The notes beneath the pieces were generated by a model. That model did not search any database. It saw nothing but the letters and a program-made list of their open reading frames with translations, and had not been told where the DNA came from. 64,000 nt of DNA from Eledone cirrhosa (taxonomy: Eukaryota), in the NCBI GenBank assembly GCA_964016885.1, contig CAXHJY010000346.1, positions 62,001 through 126,000 on the forward strand. The letters are read 5' to 3'. This document shows, one piece after another, positions 28,901 to 42,700 of the stretch. Each line of letters starts with the position of its first letter. The first letter of the stretch is position 1. The position numbers were made by a program, and so were the translations under genes.

Positions 28901-31900
28901 AAAAGGTAACTCCGCCGGCAAATCGTCATTTTTGGATTCGTTTTCTTCGAAGCACACCATTCGCCGGCGGACTTTGTTGACGTTTAACACGGTTTGGTTC
29001 CACAGCCACAACTATTGATTTTACGGAGATATCTTGCTGAAATTCACGCCACCCATAGCCAATGAGTGTCTGCACATGTACCAGTAATTACAGATCGATC
29101 CGACCACGGGCGGCCGGCCCGCGATTGAAAAGGTAACTCCGCCGGCAAATCGTCATTTTTGGATTCGTTTTCTTCGAAGCACACCATTCGCCGGCGGACT
29201 TTGCTGACGTTTAACACGGTTTGGTTCCACAACCACAACTATTGATTTTACGGAGATATCTTGCTGAAATTCACGCCACACATAGCCAATGAGTGTCTGC
29301 ACATGTACCAGTAATTACAGATCGATCCGACCACGGGCGGCCGGCCCGCGATTGAAAAGGTAACTCCGCCGGCAAATCGTCATTTTTGGATTCGTTTTCT
29401 TCGAAGCACACCATTCGCCGGCGGACTTTGCTGACGTTTAACACGGTTTGGTTCCACAACCACAACTATTGATTTTACGGAGATATCTTGCTGAAATTCA
29501 CGCCACACATAGCCAATGAGTGTCTGCACATGTACCAGTAATTACAGATCGATCCGACCACGGGCGGCCGGCCCGCGATTGAAAAGGTAACTCCGCCGGC
29601 AAATCGTCATTTTTGGATTCGTTTTCTTCGAAGCACACCATTCGCCGGCGGACTTTGTTGACGTTTAACACGGTTTGGTTCCACAGCCACAACTATTGAT
29701 TTTACGGAGATATCTTGCTGAAATTCACGCCACCCATAGCCAATGAGTGTCTGCACATGTACCAGTAATTACAGATCGATCCGACCACGGGCGGCCGGCC
29801 CGCGATTGAAAAGGTAACTCCGCCGGCAAATCGTCATTTTTGGATTCGTTTTCTTCGAAGCACACCATTCGCCGGCGGACTTTGCTGACGTTTAACACGG
29901 TTTGGTTCCACAGCCACAACTATTGATTTTACGGAGATATCTTGCTGAAATTCACGCCACCCATAGCCAATGAGTGTCTGCACATCTACCAGTAATTACA
30001 GATCGATCCGACCACGGGCGGCCGGGCCGCGATTGAAAAGGTAACTCCGCCGGCAAATCGTCATTTTTGGATTCGTTTTCTTCGAAGCACACCATTCGCC
30101 GGCGGACTTTGTTGACGTTTAACACGGTTTGGTTCCACAGCCACAACTATTGATTTTACGGAGATATCTTGCTGAAATTCACGCCACCCATAGCCAATGA
30201 GTGTCTGCACATGTACCAGTAATTACAGATCGATCCGACCACGGGCGGCCGGCCCGCGATTGAAAAGGTAACTCCGCCGGCAAATCGTCATTTTTGGATT
30301 CGTTTTCTTCGAAGCACACCATTCGCCGGCGGACTTTGCTGACGTTTAACACGGTTTGGTTCCACAGCCACAACTATTGATTTTACGGAGATATCTTGCT
30401 GAAATTCACGCCACCCATAGCCAATGAGTGTCTGCACATGTACCAGTAATTACAGATCGACCCGACCACGGGCGGCCGGGCCGCGATTGAAAAGGTAACT
30501 CCGCCGGCAAATCGTCATTTTTGGATTCGTTTTCTTCGAAGCACACCATTCGCCGGCGGACTTTGCTGACGTTTAACACGGTTTGGTTCCACAGCCACAA
30601 CTATTGATTTTACGGAGATATCTTGCTGAAATTCACGCCACACATAGCCAATGAGTGTCTGCACATGTACCAGTAATTACAGATCGATCCGACCACGGGC
30701 GGCCGGCCCGCGATTGAAAAGGTAACTCCGCCGGCAAATCGTCATTTTTGGATTCGTTTTCTTCGAAGCACACCATTTGCCGGCGGACTTTGCTGACGTT
30801 TAACACGGTTTGGTTCCACAGCCACAACTATTGATTTTACGGAGATATCTTGCTGGAATTCACGCCACACATAGCCAATGAGTGTCTGCACATGTACCAG
30901 TAATTACAGATCGATCCGACCACGGGCGGCCGGCCCGCGATTGAAAAGGTAACTCCGCCGGCAAATCGTCATTTTTGGATTCGTTTTCTTCGAAGCACAC
31001 CATTTGCCGGCGGACTTTGCTGACGTTTAACACGGTTTGGTTCCACAGCCACAACTATTGATTTTACGGAGATATCTTGCTGGAATTCACGCCACACATA
31101 GCCAATGAGTGTCTGCACATGTACCAGTAATTACAGATCGATCCGACCACGGGCGGCCGGCCCGCGATTGAAAAGGTAACTCCGCCGGCAAATCGTCATT
31201 TTTGGATTCGTTTTCTTCGAAGCACACCATTCGCCGGCGGACTTTGTTGACGTTTAACACGGTTTGGTTCCACAGCCACAACTATTGATTTTACGGAGAT
31301 ATCTTGCTGAAATTCACGCCACCCATAGCCAATGAGTGTCTGCACATGTACCAGTAATTACAGATCGATCCGACCACGGGCGGCCGGCCCGCGATTGAAA
31401 AGGTAACTCCGCCGGCAAATCGTCATTTTTGGATTCGTTTTCTTCGAAGCACACCATTCGCCGGCGGACTTTGCTGACGTTTAACACGGTTTGGTTCCAC
31501 AACCACAACTATTGATTTTACGGAGATATCTTGCTGAAATTCACGCCACACATAGCCAATGAGTGTCTGCACATGTACCAGTAATTACAGATCGATCCGA
31601 CCACGGGCGGCCGGCCCGCGATTGAAAAGGTAACTCCGCCGGCAAATCGTCATTTTTGGATTCGTTTTCTTCGAAGCACACCATTCGCCGGCGGACTTTG
31701 CTGACGTTTAACACGGTTTGGTTCCACAACCACAACTATTGATTTTACGGAGATATCTTGCTGGAATTCACGCCACTCATAGCCAATGAGTGTCTGCACA
31801 TGTACCAGTAATTACAGATCGATCCGACCACGGGCGGCCGGCCCGCGATTGAAAAGGTAACTCCGCCGGCAAATCGTCATTTTTGGATTCGTTTTCTTCG

Positions 31901-33117
31901 AAGCACACCATTCGCCGGCGGACTTTGTTGACGTTTAACACGGTTTGGTTCCACAGCCACAACTATTGATTTTACGGAGATATCTTGCTGAAATTCACGC
32001 CACCCATAGCCAATGAGTGTCTGCACATGTACCAGTAATTACAGATCGATCCGACCACGGGCGGCCGGCCCGCGATTGAAAAGGTAACTCCGCCGGCAAA
32101 TCGTCATTTTTGGATTCGTTTTCTTCGAAGCACACCATTCGCCGGCGGACTTTGCTGACGTTTAACACGGTTTGGTTCCACAACCACAACTATTGATTTT
32201 ACGGAGATATCTTGCTGAAATTCACGCCACACATAGCCAATGAGTGTCTGCACATGTACCAGTAATTACAGATCGATCCGACCACGGGCGGCCGGCCCGC
32301 GATTTAAAAAGGTAACTCCGCCGGCAAATCGTCATTTTTGGATTCGTTTTCTTCGAAGCACACCATTCGCCGGCGGACTTTGCTGACGTTTAACACGGTT
32401 TGGTTCCACAACCACAACTATTGATTTTACGGAGATATCTTGCTGAAATTCACGCCACACATAGCCAATGAGTGTCTGCACATGTACCAGTAATTACAGA
32501 TCGATCCGACCACGGGCGGCCGGCCCGCGATTGAAAAGGTAACTCCGCCGGCAAATCGTCATTTTTGGATTCGTTTTCTTCGAAGCACACCATTTGCCGG
32601 CGGACTTTGCTGACGTTTAACACGGTTTGGTTCCACAGCCACAACTATTGATTTTACGGAGATATCTTGCTGGAATTCACGCCACACATAGCCAATGAGT
32701 GTCTGCACATGTACCAGTAATTACAGATCGATCCGACCACGGGCGGCCGGCCCGCGATTGAAAAGGTAACTCCGCCGGCAAATCGTCATTTTTGGATTCG
32801 TTTTCTTCGAAGCACACCATTCGCCGGCGGACTTTGTTGACGTTTAACACGGTTTGGTTCCACAGCCACAACTATTGATTTTACGGAGATATCTTGCTGA
32901 AATTCACGCCACCCATAGCCAATGAGTGTCTGCACATGTACCAGTAATTACAGATCGATCCGACCACGGGCGGCCGGCCCGCGATTGGAAAGGTAACTCC
33001 GCCGGCAAATCGTCATTTTTGGATTCGTTTTCTTCGAAGCACACCATTCGCCGGCGGACTTTGCTGACGTTTAACACGGTTTGGTTCCACAGCCACAACT
33101 ATTGATTTTACGGAGAT
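22914..33117. repeat. ~7-monomer block (22914-~24490) repeated at 31541-~33117, offset 8627 bp (38 monomers)
   Basis: Two private markers are shared: t224 (cactcat) at 23150 and 31777, and gatttaaaaagg (g to ta) at 23678 and 32305. Both differences are 8627. Confidence 0.88.
25412..28135. repeat. Higher-order repeat: tandem duplication of a 6-monomer block (period 1362 bp)
   Basis: g71t on a g22c monomer at 25495 and 26857, each followed by the same t43c, c62g, c133t, t148, t148 monomer series. Confidence 0.9.
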
Positions 33118-36100
33118 ATCTTGCTGAAATTCACGCCACACATAGCCAATGAGTGTCTGCACATGTACCAGTAATTACAGATCGATCCGACCACGGGCGG
33201 CCGGCCCGCGATTGAAAAGGTAACTCCGCCGGCAAATCGTCATTTTTGGATTCGTTTTCTTCGAAGCACACCATTCGCCGGCGGACTTTGCTGACGTTTA
33301 ACACGGTTTGGTTCCACAGCCACAACTATTGATTTTACGGAGATATCTTGCTGGAATTCACGCCACACATAGCCAATGAGTGTCTGCACATGTACCAGTA
33401 ATTACAGATCGATCCGACCACGGGCGGCCGGCCCGCGATTGAAAAGGTAACTCCGCCGGCAAATCGTCATTTTTGGATTCGTTTTCTTCGAAGCACACCA
33501 TTTGCCGGCGGACTTTGCTGACGTTTAACACGGTTTGGTTCCACAGCCACAACTATTGATTTTACGGAGATATCTTGCTGGAATTCACGCCACACATAGC
33601 CAATGAGTGTCTGCACATGTACCAGTAATTACAGATCGATCCGACCACGGGCGGCCGGCCCGCGATTGAAAAGGTAACTCCGCCGGCAAATCGTCATTTT
33701 TGGATTCGTTTTCTTCGAAGCACACCATTCGCCGGCGGACTTTGTTGACGTTTAACACGGTTTGGTTCCACAGCCACAACTATTGATTTTACGGAGATAT
33801 CTTGCTGAAATTCACGCCACCCATAGCCAATGAGTGTCTGCACATGTACCAGTAATTACAGATCGATCCGACCACGGGCGGCCGGCCCGCGATTGGAAAG
33901 GTAACTCCGCCGGCAAATCGTCATTTTTGGATTCGTTTTCTTCGAAGCACACCATTCGCCGGCGGACTTTGCTGACGTTTAACACGGTTTGGTTCCACAG
34001 CCACAACTATTGATTTTACGGAGATATCTTGCTGAAATTCACGCCACACATAGCCAATGAGTGTCTGCACATGTACCAGTAATTACAGATCGATCCGACC
34101 ACGGGCGGCCGGCCCGCGATTGAAAAGGTAACTCCGCCGGCAAATCGTCATTTTTGGATTCGTTTTCTTCGAAGCACACCATTCGCCGGCGGACTTTGCT
34201 GACGTTTAACACGGTTTGGTTCCACAGCCACAACTATTGATTTTACGGAGATATCTTGCTGGAATTCACGCCACACATAGCCAATGAGTGTCTGCACATG
34301 TACCAGTAATTACAGATCGATCCGACCACGGGCGGCCGGCCCGCGATTGAAAAGGTAACTCCGCCGGCAAATCGTCATTTTTGGATTCGTTTTCTTCGAA
34401 GCACACCATTCGCCGGCGGACTTTGTTGACGTTTAACACGGTTTGGTTCCACAGCCACAACTATTGATTTTACGGAGATATCTTGCTGAAATTCACGCCA
34501 CCCATAGCCAATGAGTGTCTGCACATGTACCAGTAATTACAGATCGATCCGACCACGGGCGGCCGGCCCGCGATTGAAAAGGTAACTCCGCCGGCAAATC
34601 GTCATTTTTGGATTCGTTTTCTTCGAAGCACACCATTCGCCGGCGGACTTTGCTGACGTTTAACACGGTTTGGTTCCACAGCCACAACTATTGATTTTAC
34701 GGAGATATCTTGCTGAAATTCACGCCACCCATAGCCAATGAGTGTCTGCACATCTACCAGTAATTACAGATCGATCCGACCACGGGCGGCCGGCCCGCGA
34801 TTGAAAAGGTAACTCCGCCGGCAAATCGTCATTTTTGGATTCGTTTTCTTCGAAGCACACCATTCGCCGGCGGACTTTGCTGACGTTTAACACGGTTTGG
34901 TTCCACAGCCACAACTATTGATTTTACGGAGATATCTTGCTGAAATTCACGCCACACATAGCCAATGAGTGTCTGCACATGTACCAGTAATTACAGATCG
35001 ACCCGACCACGGGCGGCCGGCCCGCGATTGAAAAGGTAACTCCGCCGGCAAATCGTCATTTTTGGATTCGTTTTCTTCGAAGCACACCATTCGCCGGCGG
35101 ACTTTGTTGACGTTTAACACGGTTTGGTTCCACAGCCACAACTATTGATTTTACGGAGATATCTTGCTGAAATTCACGCCACACATAGCCAATGAGTGTC
35201 TGCACATGTACCAGTAATTACAGATCGATCCGACCACGGGCGGCCGGGCCGCGATTGAAAAGGTAACTCCGCCGGCAAATCGTCATTTTTGGATTCGTTT
35301 TCTTCGAAGCACACCATTCGCCGGCGGACTTTGCTGACGTTTAACACGGTTTGGTTCCACAGCCACAACTATTGATTTTACGGAGATATCTTGCTGAAAT
35401 TCACGCCACACATAGCCAATGAGTGTCTGCACATGTACCAGTAATTACAGATCGATCCGACCACGGGCGGCCGGCCCGCGATTGAAAAGGTAACTCCGCC
35501 GGCAAATCGTCATTTTTGGATTCGTTTTCTTCGAAGCACACCATTTGCCGGCGGACTTTGCTGACGTTTAACACGGTTTGGTTCCACAGCCACAACTATT
35601 GATTTTACGGAGATATCTTGCTGGAATTCACGCCACACATAGCCAATGAGTGTCTGCACATGTACCAGTAATTACAGATCGATCCGACCACGGGCGGCCG
35701 GCCCGCGATTGAAAAGGTAACTCCGCCGGCAAATCGTCATTTTTGGATTCGTTTTCTTCGAAGCACACCATTCGCCGGCGGACTTTGTTGACGTTTAACA
35801 CGGTTTGGTTCCACAGCCACAACTATTGATTTTACGGAGATATCTTGCTGAAATTCACGCCACCCATAGCCAATGAGTGTCTGCACATGTACCAGTAATT
35901 ACAGATCGATCCGACCACGGGCGGCCGGCCCGCGATTGAAAAGGTAACTCCGCCGGCAAATCGTCATTTTTGGATTCGTTTTCTTCGAAGCACACCATTC
36001 GCCGGCGGACTTTGTTGACGTTTAACACGGTTTGGTTCCACAGCCACAACTATTGATTTTACGGAGATATCTTGCTGAAATTCACGCCACCCATAGCCAA

Positions 36101-38124
36101 TGAGTGTCTGCACATGTACCAGTAATTACAGATCGATCCGACCACGGGCGGCCGGCCCGCGATTGAAAAGGTAACTCCGCCGGCAAATCGTCATTTTTGG
36201 ATTCGTTTTCTTCGAAGCACACCATTCGCCGGCGGACTTTGCTGACGTTTAACACGGTTTGGTTCCACAACCACAACTATTGATTTTACGGAGATATCTT
36301 GCTGAAATTCACGCCACACATAGCCAATGAGTGTCTGCACATGTACCAGTAATTACAGATCGATCCGACCACGGGCGGCCGGCCCGCGATTGAAAAGGTA
36401 ACTCCGCCGGCAAATCGTCATTTTTGGATTCGTTTTCTTCGAAGCACACCATTCGCCGGCGGACTTTGCTGACGTTTAACACGGTTTGGTTCCACAACCA
36501 CAACTATTGATTTTACGGAGATATCTTGCTGAAATTCACGCCACACATAGCCAATGAGTGTCTGCACATGTACCAGTAATTACAGATCGATCCGACCACG
36601 GGCGGCCGGCCCGCGATTGAAAAGGTAACTCCGCCGGCAAATCGTCATTTTTGGATTCGTTTTCTTCGAAGCACACCATTCGCCGGCGGACTTTGCTGAC
36701 GTTTAACACGGTTTGGTTCCACAACCACAACTATTGATTTTACGGAGATATCTTGCTGAAATTCACGCCACACATAGCCAATGAGTGTCTGCACATGTAC
36801 CAGTAATTACAGATCGATCCGACCACGGGCGGCCGGCCCGCGATTGAAAAGGTAACTCCGCCGGCAAATCGTCATTTTTGGATTCGTTTTCTTCGAAGCA
36901 CACCATTCGCCGGCGGACTTTGTTGACGTTTAACACGGTTTGGTTCCACAGCCACAACTATTGATTTTACGGAGATATCTTGCTGAAATTCACGCCACCC
37001 ATAGCCAATGAGTGTCTGCACATGTACCAGTAATTACAGATCGATCCGACCACGGGCGGCCGGCCCGCGATTGAAAAGGTAACTCCGCCGGCAAATCGTC
37101 ATTTTTGGATTCGTTTTCTTCGAAGCACACCATTCGCCGGCGGACTTTGCTGACGTTTAACACGGTTTGGTTCCACAACCACAACTATTGATTTTACGGA
37201 GATATCTTGCTGAAATTCACGCCACACATAGCCAATGAGTGTCTGCACATGTACCAGTAATTACAGATCGATCCGACCACGGGCGGCCGGCCCGCGATTG
37301 AAAAGGTAACTCCGCCGGCAAATCGTCATTTTTGGATTCGTTTTCTTCGAAGCACACCATTCGCCGGCGGACTTTGCTGACGTTTAACACGGTTTGGTTC
37401 CACAACCACAACTATTGATTTTACGGAGATATCTTGCTGAAATTCACGCCACACATAGCCAATGAGTGTCTGCACATGTACCAGTAATTACAGATCGATC
37501 CGACCACGGGCGGCCGGCCCGCGATTGAAAAGGTAACTCCGCCGGCAAATCGTCATTTTTGGATTCGTTTTCTTCGAAGCACACCATTCGCCGGCGGACT
37601 TTGTTGACGTTTAACACGGTTTGGTTCCACAGCCACAACTATTGATTTTACGGAGATATCTTGCTGAAATTCACGCCACCCATAGCCAATGAGTGTCTGC
37701 ACATGTACCAGTAATTACAGATCGATCCGACCACGGGCGGCCGGCCCGCGATTGAAAAGGTAACTCCGCCGGCAAATCGTCATTTTTGGATTCGTTTTCT
37801 TCGAAGCACACCATTCACCGGCGGACTTTGCTGACGTTTAACACGGTTTGGTTCCACAGCCACAACTATTGATTTTACGGAGATATCTTGCTGAAATTCA
37901 CGCCACCCATAGCCAATGAGTGTCTGCACATCTACCAGTAATTACAGATCGATCCGACCACGGGCGGCCGGGCCGCGATTGAAAAGGTAACTCCGCCGGC
38001 AAATCGTCATTTTTGGATTCGTTTTCTTCGAAGCACACCATTCGCCGGCGGACTTTGTTGACGTTTAACACGGTTTGGTTCCACAGCCACAACTATTGAT
38101 TTTACGGAGATATCTTGCTGAAAT
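26774..38124. repeat. 15-monomer block (26774-30178) repeated at 34720-38124, offset 35 monomers (7946 bp)
   Basis: Same monomer-variant order from the g22c/t43c/c62g triplet to the g22c+c62g monomer (29952 vs 37898). The copies differ by g71t (first only) and g134a at 37817 (second only). Confidence 0.8.
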
Positions 38125-39713
38125 TCACGCCACCCATAGCCAATGAGTGTCTGCACATGTACCAGTAATTACAGATCGATCCGACCACGGGCGGCCGGCC
38201 CGCGATTGAAAAGGTAACTCCGCCGGCAAATCGTCATTTTTGGATTCGTTTTCTTCGAAGCACACCATTTGCCGGCGGACTTTGCTGACGTTTAACACGG
38301 TTTGGTTCCACAGCCACAACTATTGATTTTACGGAGATATCTTGCTGGAATTCACGCCACACATAGCCAATGAGTGTCTGCACATGTACCAGTAATTACA
38401 GATCGATCCGACCACGGGCGGCCGGCCCGCGATTGAAAAGGTAACTCCGCCGGCAAATCGTCATTTTTGGATTCGTTTTCTTCGAAGCACACCATTCGCC
38501 GGCGGACTTTGTTGACGTTTAACACGGTTTGGTTCCACAGCCACAACTATTGATTTTACGGAGATATCTTGCTGAAATTCACGCCACACATAGCCAATGA
38601 GTGTCTGCACATGTACCAGTAATTACAGATCGATCCGACCACGGGCGGCCGGCCCGCGATTGAAAAGGTAACTCCGCCGGCAAATCGTCATTTTTGGATT
38701 CGTTTTCTTCGAAGCACACCATTTGCCGGCGGACTTTGCTGACGTTTAACACGGTTTGGTTCCACAGCCACAACTATTGATTTTACGGAGATATCTTGCT
38801 GGAATTCACGCCACACATAGCCAATGAGTGTCTGCACATGTACCAGTAATTACAGATCGATCCGACCACGGGCGGCCGGCCCGCGATTGAAAAGGTAACT
38901 CCGCCGGCAAATCGTCATTTTTGGATTCGTTTTCTTCGAAGCACACCATTCGCCGGCGGACTTTGTTGACGTTTAACACGGTTTGGTTCCACAGCCACAA
39001 CTATTGATTTTACGGAGATATCTTGCTGAAATTCACGCCACCCATAGCCAATGAGTGTCTGCACATGTACCAGTAATTACAGATCGATCCGACCACGGGC
39101 GGCCGGCCCGCGATTGAAAAGGTAACTCCGCCGGCAAATCGTCATTTTTGGATTCGTTTTCTTCGAAGCACACCATTCGCCGGCGGACTTTGCTGACGTT
39201 TAACACGGTTTGGTTCCACAACCACAACTATTGATTTTACGGAGATATCTTGCTGAAATTCACGCCACACATAGCCAATGAGTGTCTGCACATGTACCAG
39301 TAATTACAGATCGATCCGACCACGGGCGGCCGGCCCGCGATTGAAAAGGTAACTCCGCCGGCAAATCGTCATTTTTGGATTCGTTTTCTTCGAAGCACAC
39401 CATTCGCCGGCGGACTTTGTTGACGTTTAACACGGTTTGGTTCCACAGCCACAACTATTGATTTTACGGAGATATCTTGCTGAAATTCACGCCACCCATA
39501 GCCAATGAGTGTCTGCACATGTACCAGTAATTACAGATCGATCCGACCACGGGCGGCCGGCCCGCGATTGAAAAGGTAACTCCGCCGGCAAATCGTCATT
39601 TTTGGATTCGTTTTCTTCGAAGCACACCATTCGCCGGCGGACTTTGCTGACGTTTAACACGGTTTGGTTCCACAGCCACAACTATTGATTTTACGGAGAT
39701 ATCTTGCTGAAAT

Positions 39714-42700
39714 TCACGCCACCCATAGCCAATGAGTGTCTGCACATCTACCAGTAATTACAGATCGATCCGACCACGGGCGGCCGGGCCGCGATTGAAA
39801 AGGTAACTCCGCCGGCAAATCGTCATTTTTGGATTCGTTTTCTTCGAAGCACACCATTCGCCGGCGGACTTTGTTGACGTTTAACACGGTTTGGTTCCAC
39901 AGCCACAACTATTGATTTTACGGAGATATCTTGCTGAAATTCACGCCACCCATAGCCAATGAGTGTCTGCACATGTACCAGTAATTACAGATCGATCCGA
40001 CCACGGGCGGCCGGCCCGCGATTGGAAAGGTAACTCCGCCGGCAAATCGTCATTTTTGGATTCGTTTTCTTCGAAGCACACCATTCGCCGGCGGACTTTG
40101 CTGACGTTTAACACGGTTTGGTTCCACAGCCACAACTATTGATTTTACGGAGATATCTTGCTGAAATTCACGCCACACATAGCCAATGAGTGTCTGCACA
40201 TGTACCAGTAATTACAGATCGATCCGACCACGGGCGGCCGGCCCGCGATTGAAAAGGTAACTCCGCCGGCAAATCGTCATTTTTGGATTCGTTTTCTTCG
40301 AAGCACACCATTTGCCGGCGGACTTTGCTGACGTTTAACACGGTTTGGTTCCACAGCCACAACTATTGATTTTACGGAGATATCTTGCTGGAATTCACGC
40401 CACACATAGCCAATGAGTGTCTGCACATGTACCAGTAATTACAGATCGATCCGACCACGGGCGGCCGGCCCGCGATTGAAAAGGTAACTCCGCCGGCAAA
40501 TCGTCATTTTTGGATTCGTTTTCTTCGAAGCACACCATTCGCCGGCGGACTTTGTTGACGTTTAACACGGTTTGGTTCCACAGCCACAACTATTGATTTT
40601 ACGGAGATATCTTGCTGAAATTCACGCCACCCATAGCCAATGAGTGTCTGCACATGTACCAGTAATTACAGATCGATCCGACCACGGGCGGCCGGCCCGC
40701 GATTGAAAAGGTAACTCCGCCGGCAAATCGTCATTTTTGGATTCGTTTTCTTCGAAGCACACCATTCGCCGGCGGACTTTGTTGACGTTTAACACGGTTT
40801 GGTTCCACAGCCACAACTATTGATTTTACGGAGATATCTTGCTGAAATTCACGCCACCCATAGCCAATGAGTGTCTGCACATGTACCAGTAATTACAGAT
40901 CGATCCGACCACGGGCGGCCGGCCCGCGATTGAAAAGGTAACTCCGCCGGCAAATCGTCATTTTTGGATTCGTTTTCTTCGAAGCACACCATTCGCCGGC
41001 GGACTTTGCTGACGTTTAACACGGTTTGGTTCCACAACCACAACTATTGATTTTACGGAGATATCTTGCTGAAATTCACGCCACACATAGCCAATGAGTG
41101 TCTGCACATGTACCAGTAATTACAGATCGATCCGACCACGGGCGGCCGGCCCGCGATTGAAAAGGTAACTCCGCCGGCAAATCGTCATTTTTGGATTCGT
41201 TTTCTTCGAAGCACACCATTCGCCGGCGGACTTTGCTGACGTTTAACACGGTTTGGTTCCACAACCACAACTATTGATTTTACGGAGATATCTTGCTGAA
41301 ATTCACGCCACACATAGCCAATGAGTGTCTGCACATGTACCAGTAATTACAGATCGATCCGACCACGGGCGGCCGGCCCGCGATTGAAAAGGTAACTCCG
41401 CCGGCAAATCGTCATTTTTGGATTCGTTTTCTTCGAAGCACACCATTTGCCGGCGGACTTTGCTGACGTTTAACACGGTTTGGTTCCACAGCCACAACTA
41501 TTGATTTTACGGAGATATCTTGCTGGAATTCACGCCACACATAGCCAATGAGTGTCTGCACATGTACCAGTAATTACAGATCGATCCGACCACGGGCGGC
41601 CGGCCCGCGATTGAAAAGGTAACTCCGCCGGCAAATCGTCATTTTTGGATTCGTTTTCTTCGAAGCACACCATTCGCCGGCGGACTTTGTTGACGTTTAA
41701 CACGGTTTGGTTCCACAGCCACAACTATTGATTTTACGGAGATATCTTGCTGAAATTCACGCCACCCATAGCCAATGAGTGTCTGCACATGTACCAGTAA
41801 TTACAGATCGATCCGACCACGGGCGGCCGGCCCGCGATTGAAAAGGTAACTCCGCCGGCAAATCGTCATTTTTGGATTCGTTTTCTTCGAAGCACACCAT
41901 TCGCCGGCGGACTTTGCTGACGTTTAACACGGTTTGGTTCCACAACCACAACTATTGATTTTACGGAGATATCTTGCTGAAATTCACGCCACACATAGCC
42001 AATGAGTGTCTGCACATGTACCAGTAATTACAGATCGATCCGACCACGGGCGGCCGGCCCGCGATTGAAAAGGTAACTCCGCCGGCAAATCGTCATTTTT
42101 GGATTCGTTTTCTTCGAAGCACACCATTCGCCGGCGGACTTTGTTGACGTTTAACACGGTTTGGTTCCACAGCCACAACTATTGATTTTACGGAGATATC
42201 TTGCTGAAATTCACGCCACCCATAGCCAATGAGTGTCTGCACATGTACCAGTAATTACAGATCGATCCGACCACGGGCGGCCGGCCCGCGATTGAAAAGG
42301 TAACTCCGCCGGCAAATCGTCATTTTTGGATTCGTTTTCTTCGAAGCACACCATTCGCCGGCGGACTTTGCTGACGTTTAACACGGTTTGGTTCCACAGC
42401 CACAACTATTGATTTTACGGAGATATCTTGCTGAAATTCACGCCACCCATAGCCAATGAGTGTCTGCACATCTACCAGTAATTACAGATCGATCCGACCA
42501 CGGGCGGCCGGGCCGCGATTGAAAGGTAACTCCGCCGGCAAATCGTCATTTTTGGATTCGTTTTCTTCGAAGCACACCATTCGCCGGCGGACTTTGTTGA
42601 CGTTTAACACGGTTTGGTTCCACAGCCACAACTATTGATTTTACGGAGATATCTTGCTGAAATTCACGCCACCCATAGCCAATGAGTGTCTGCACATGTA

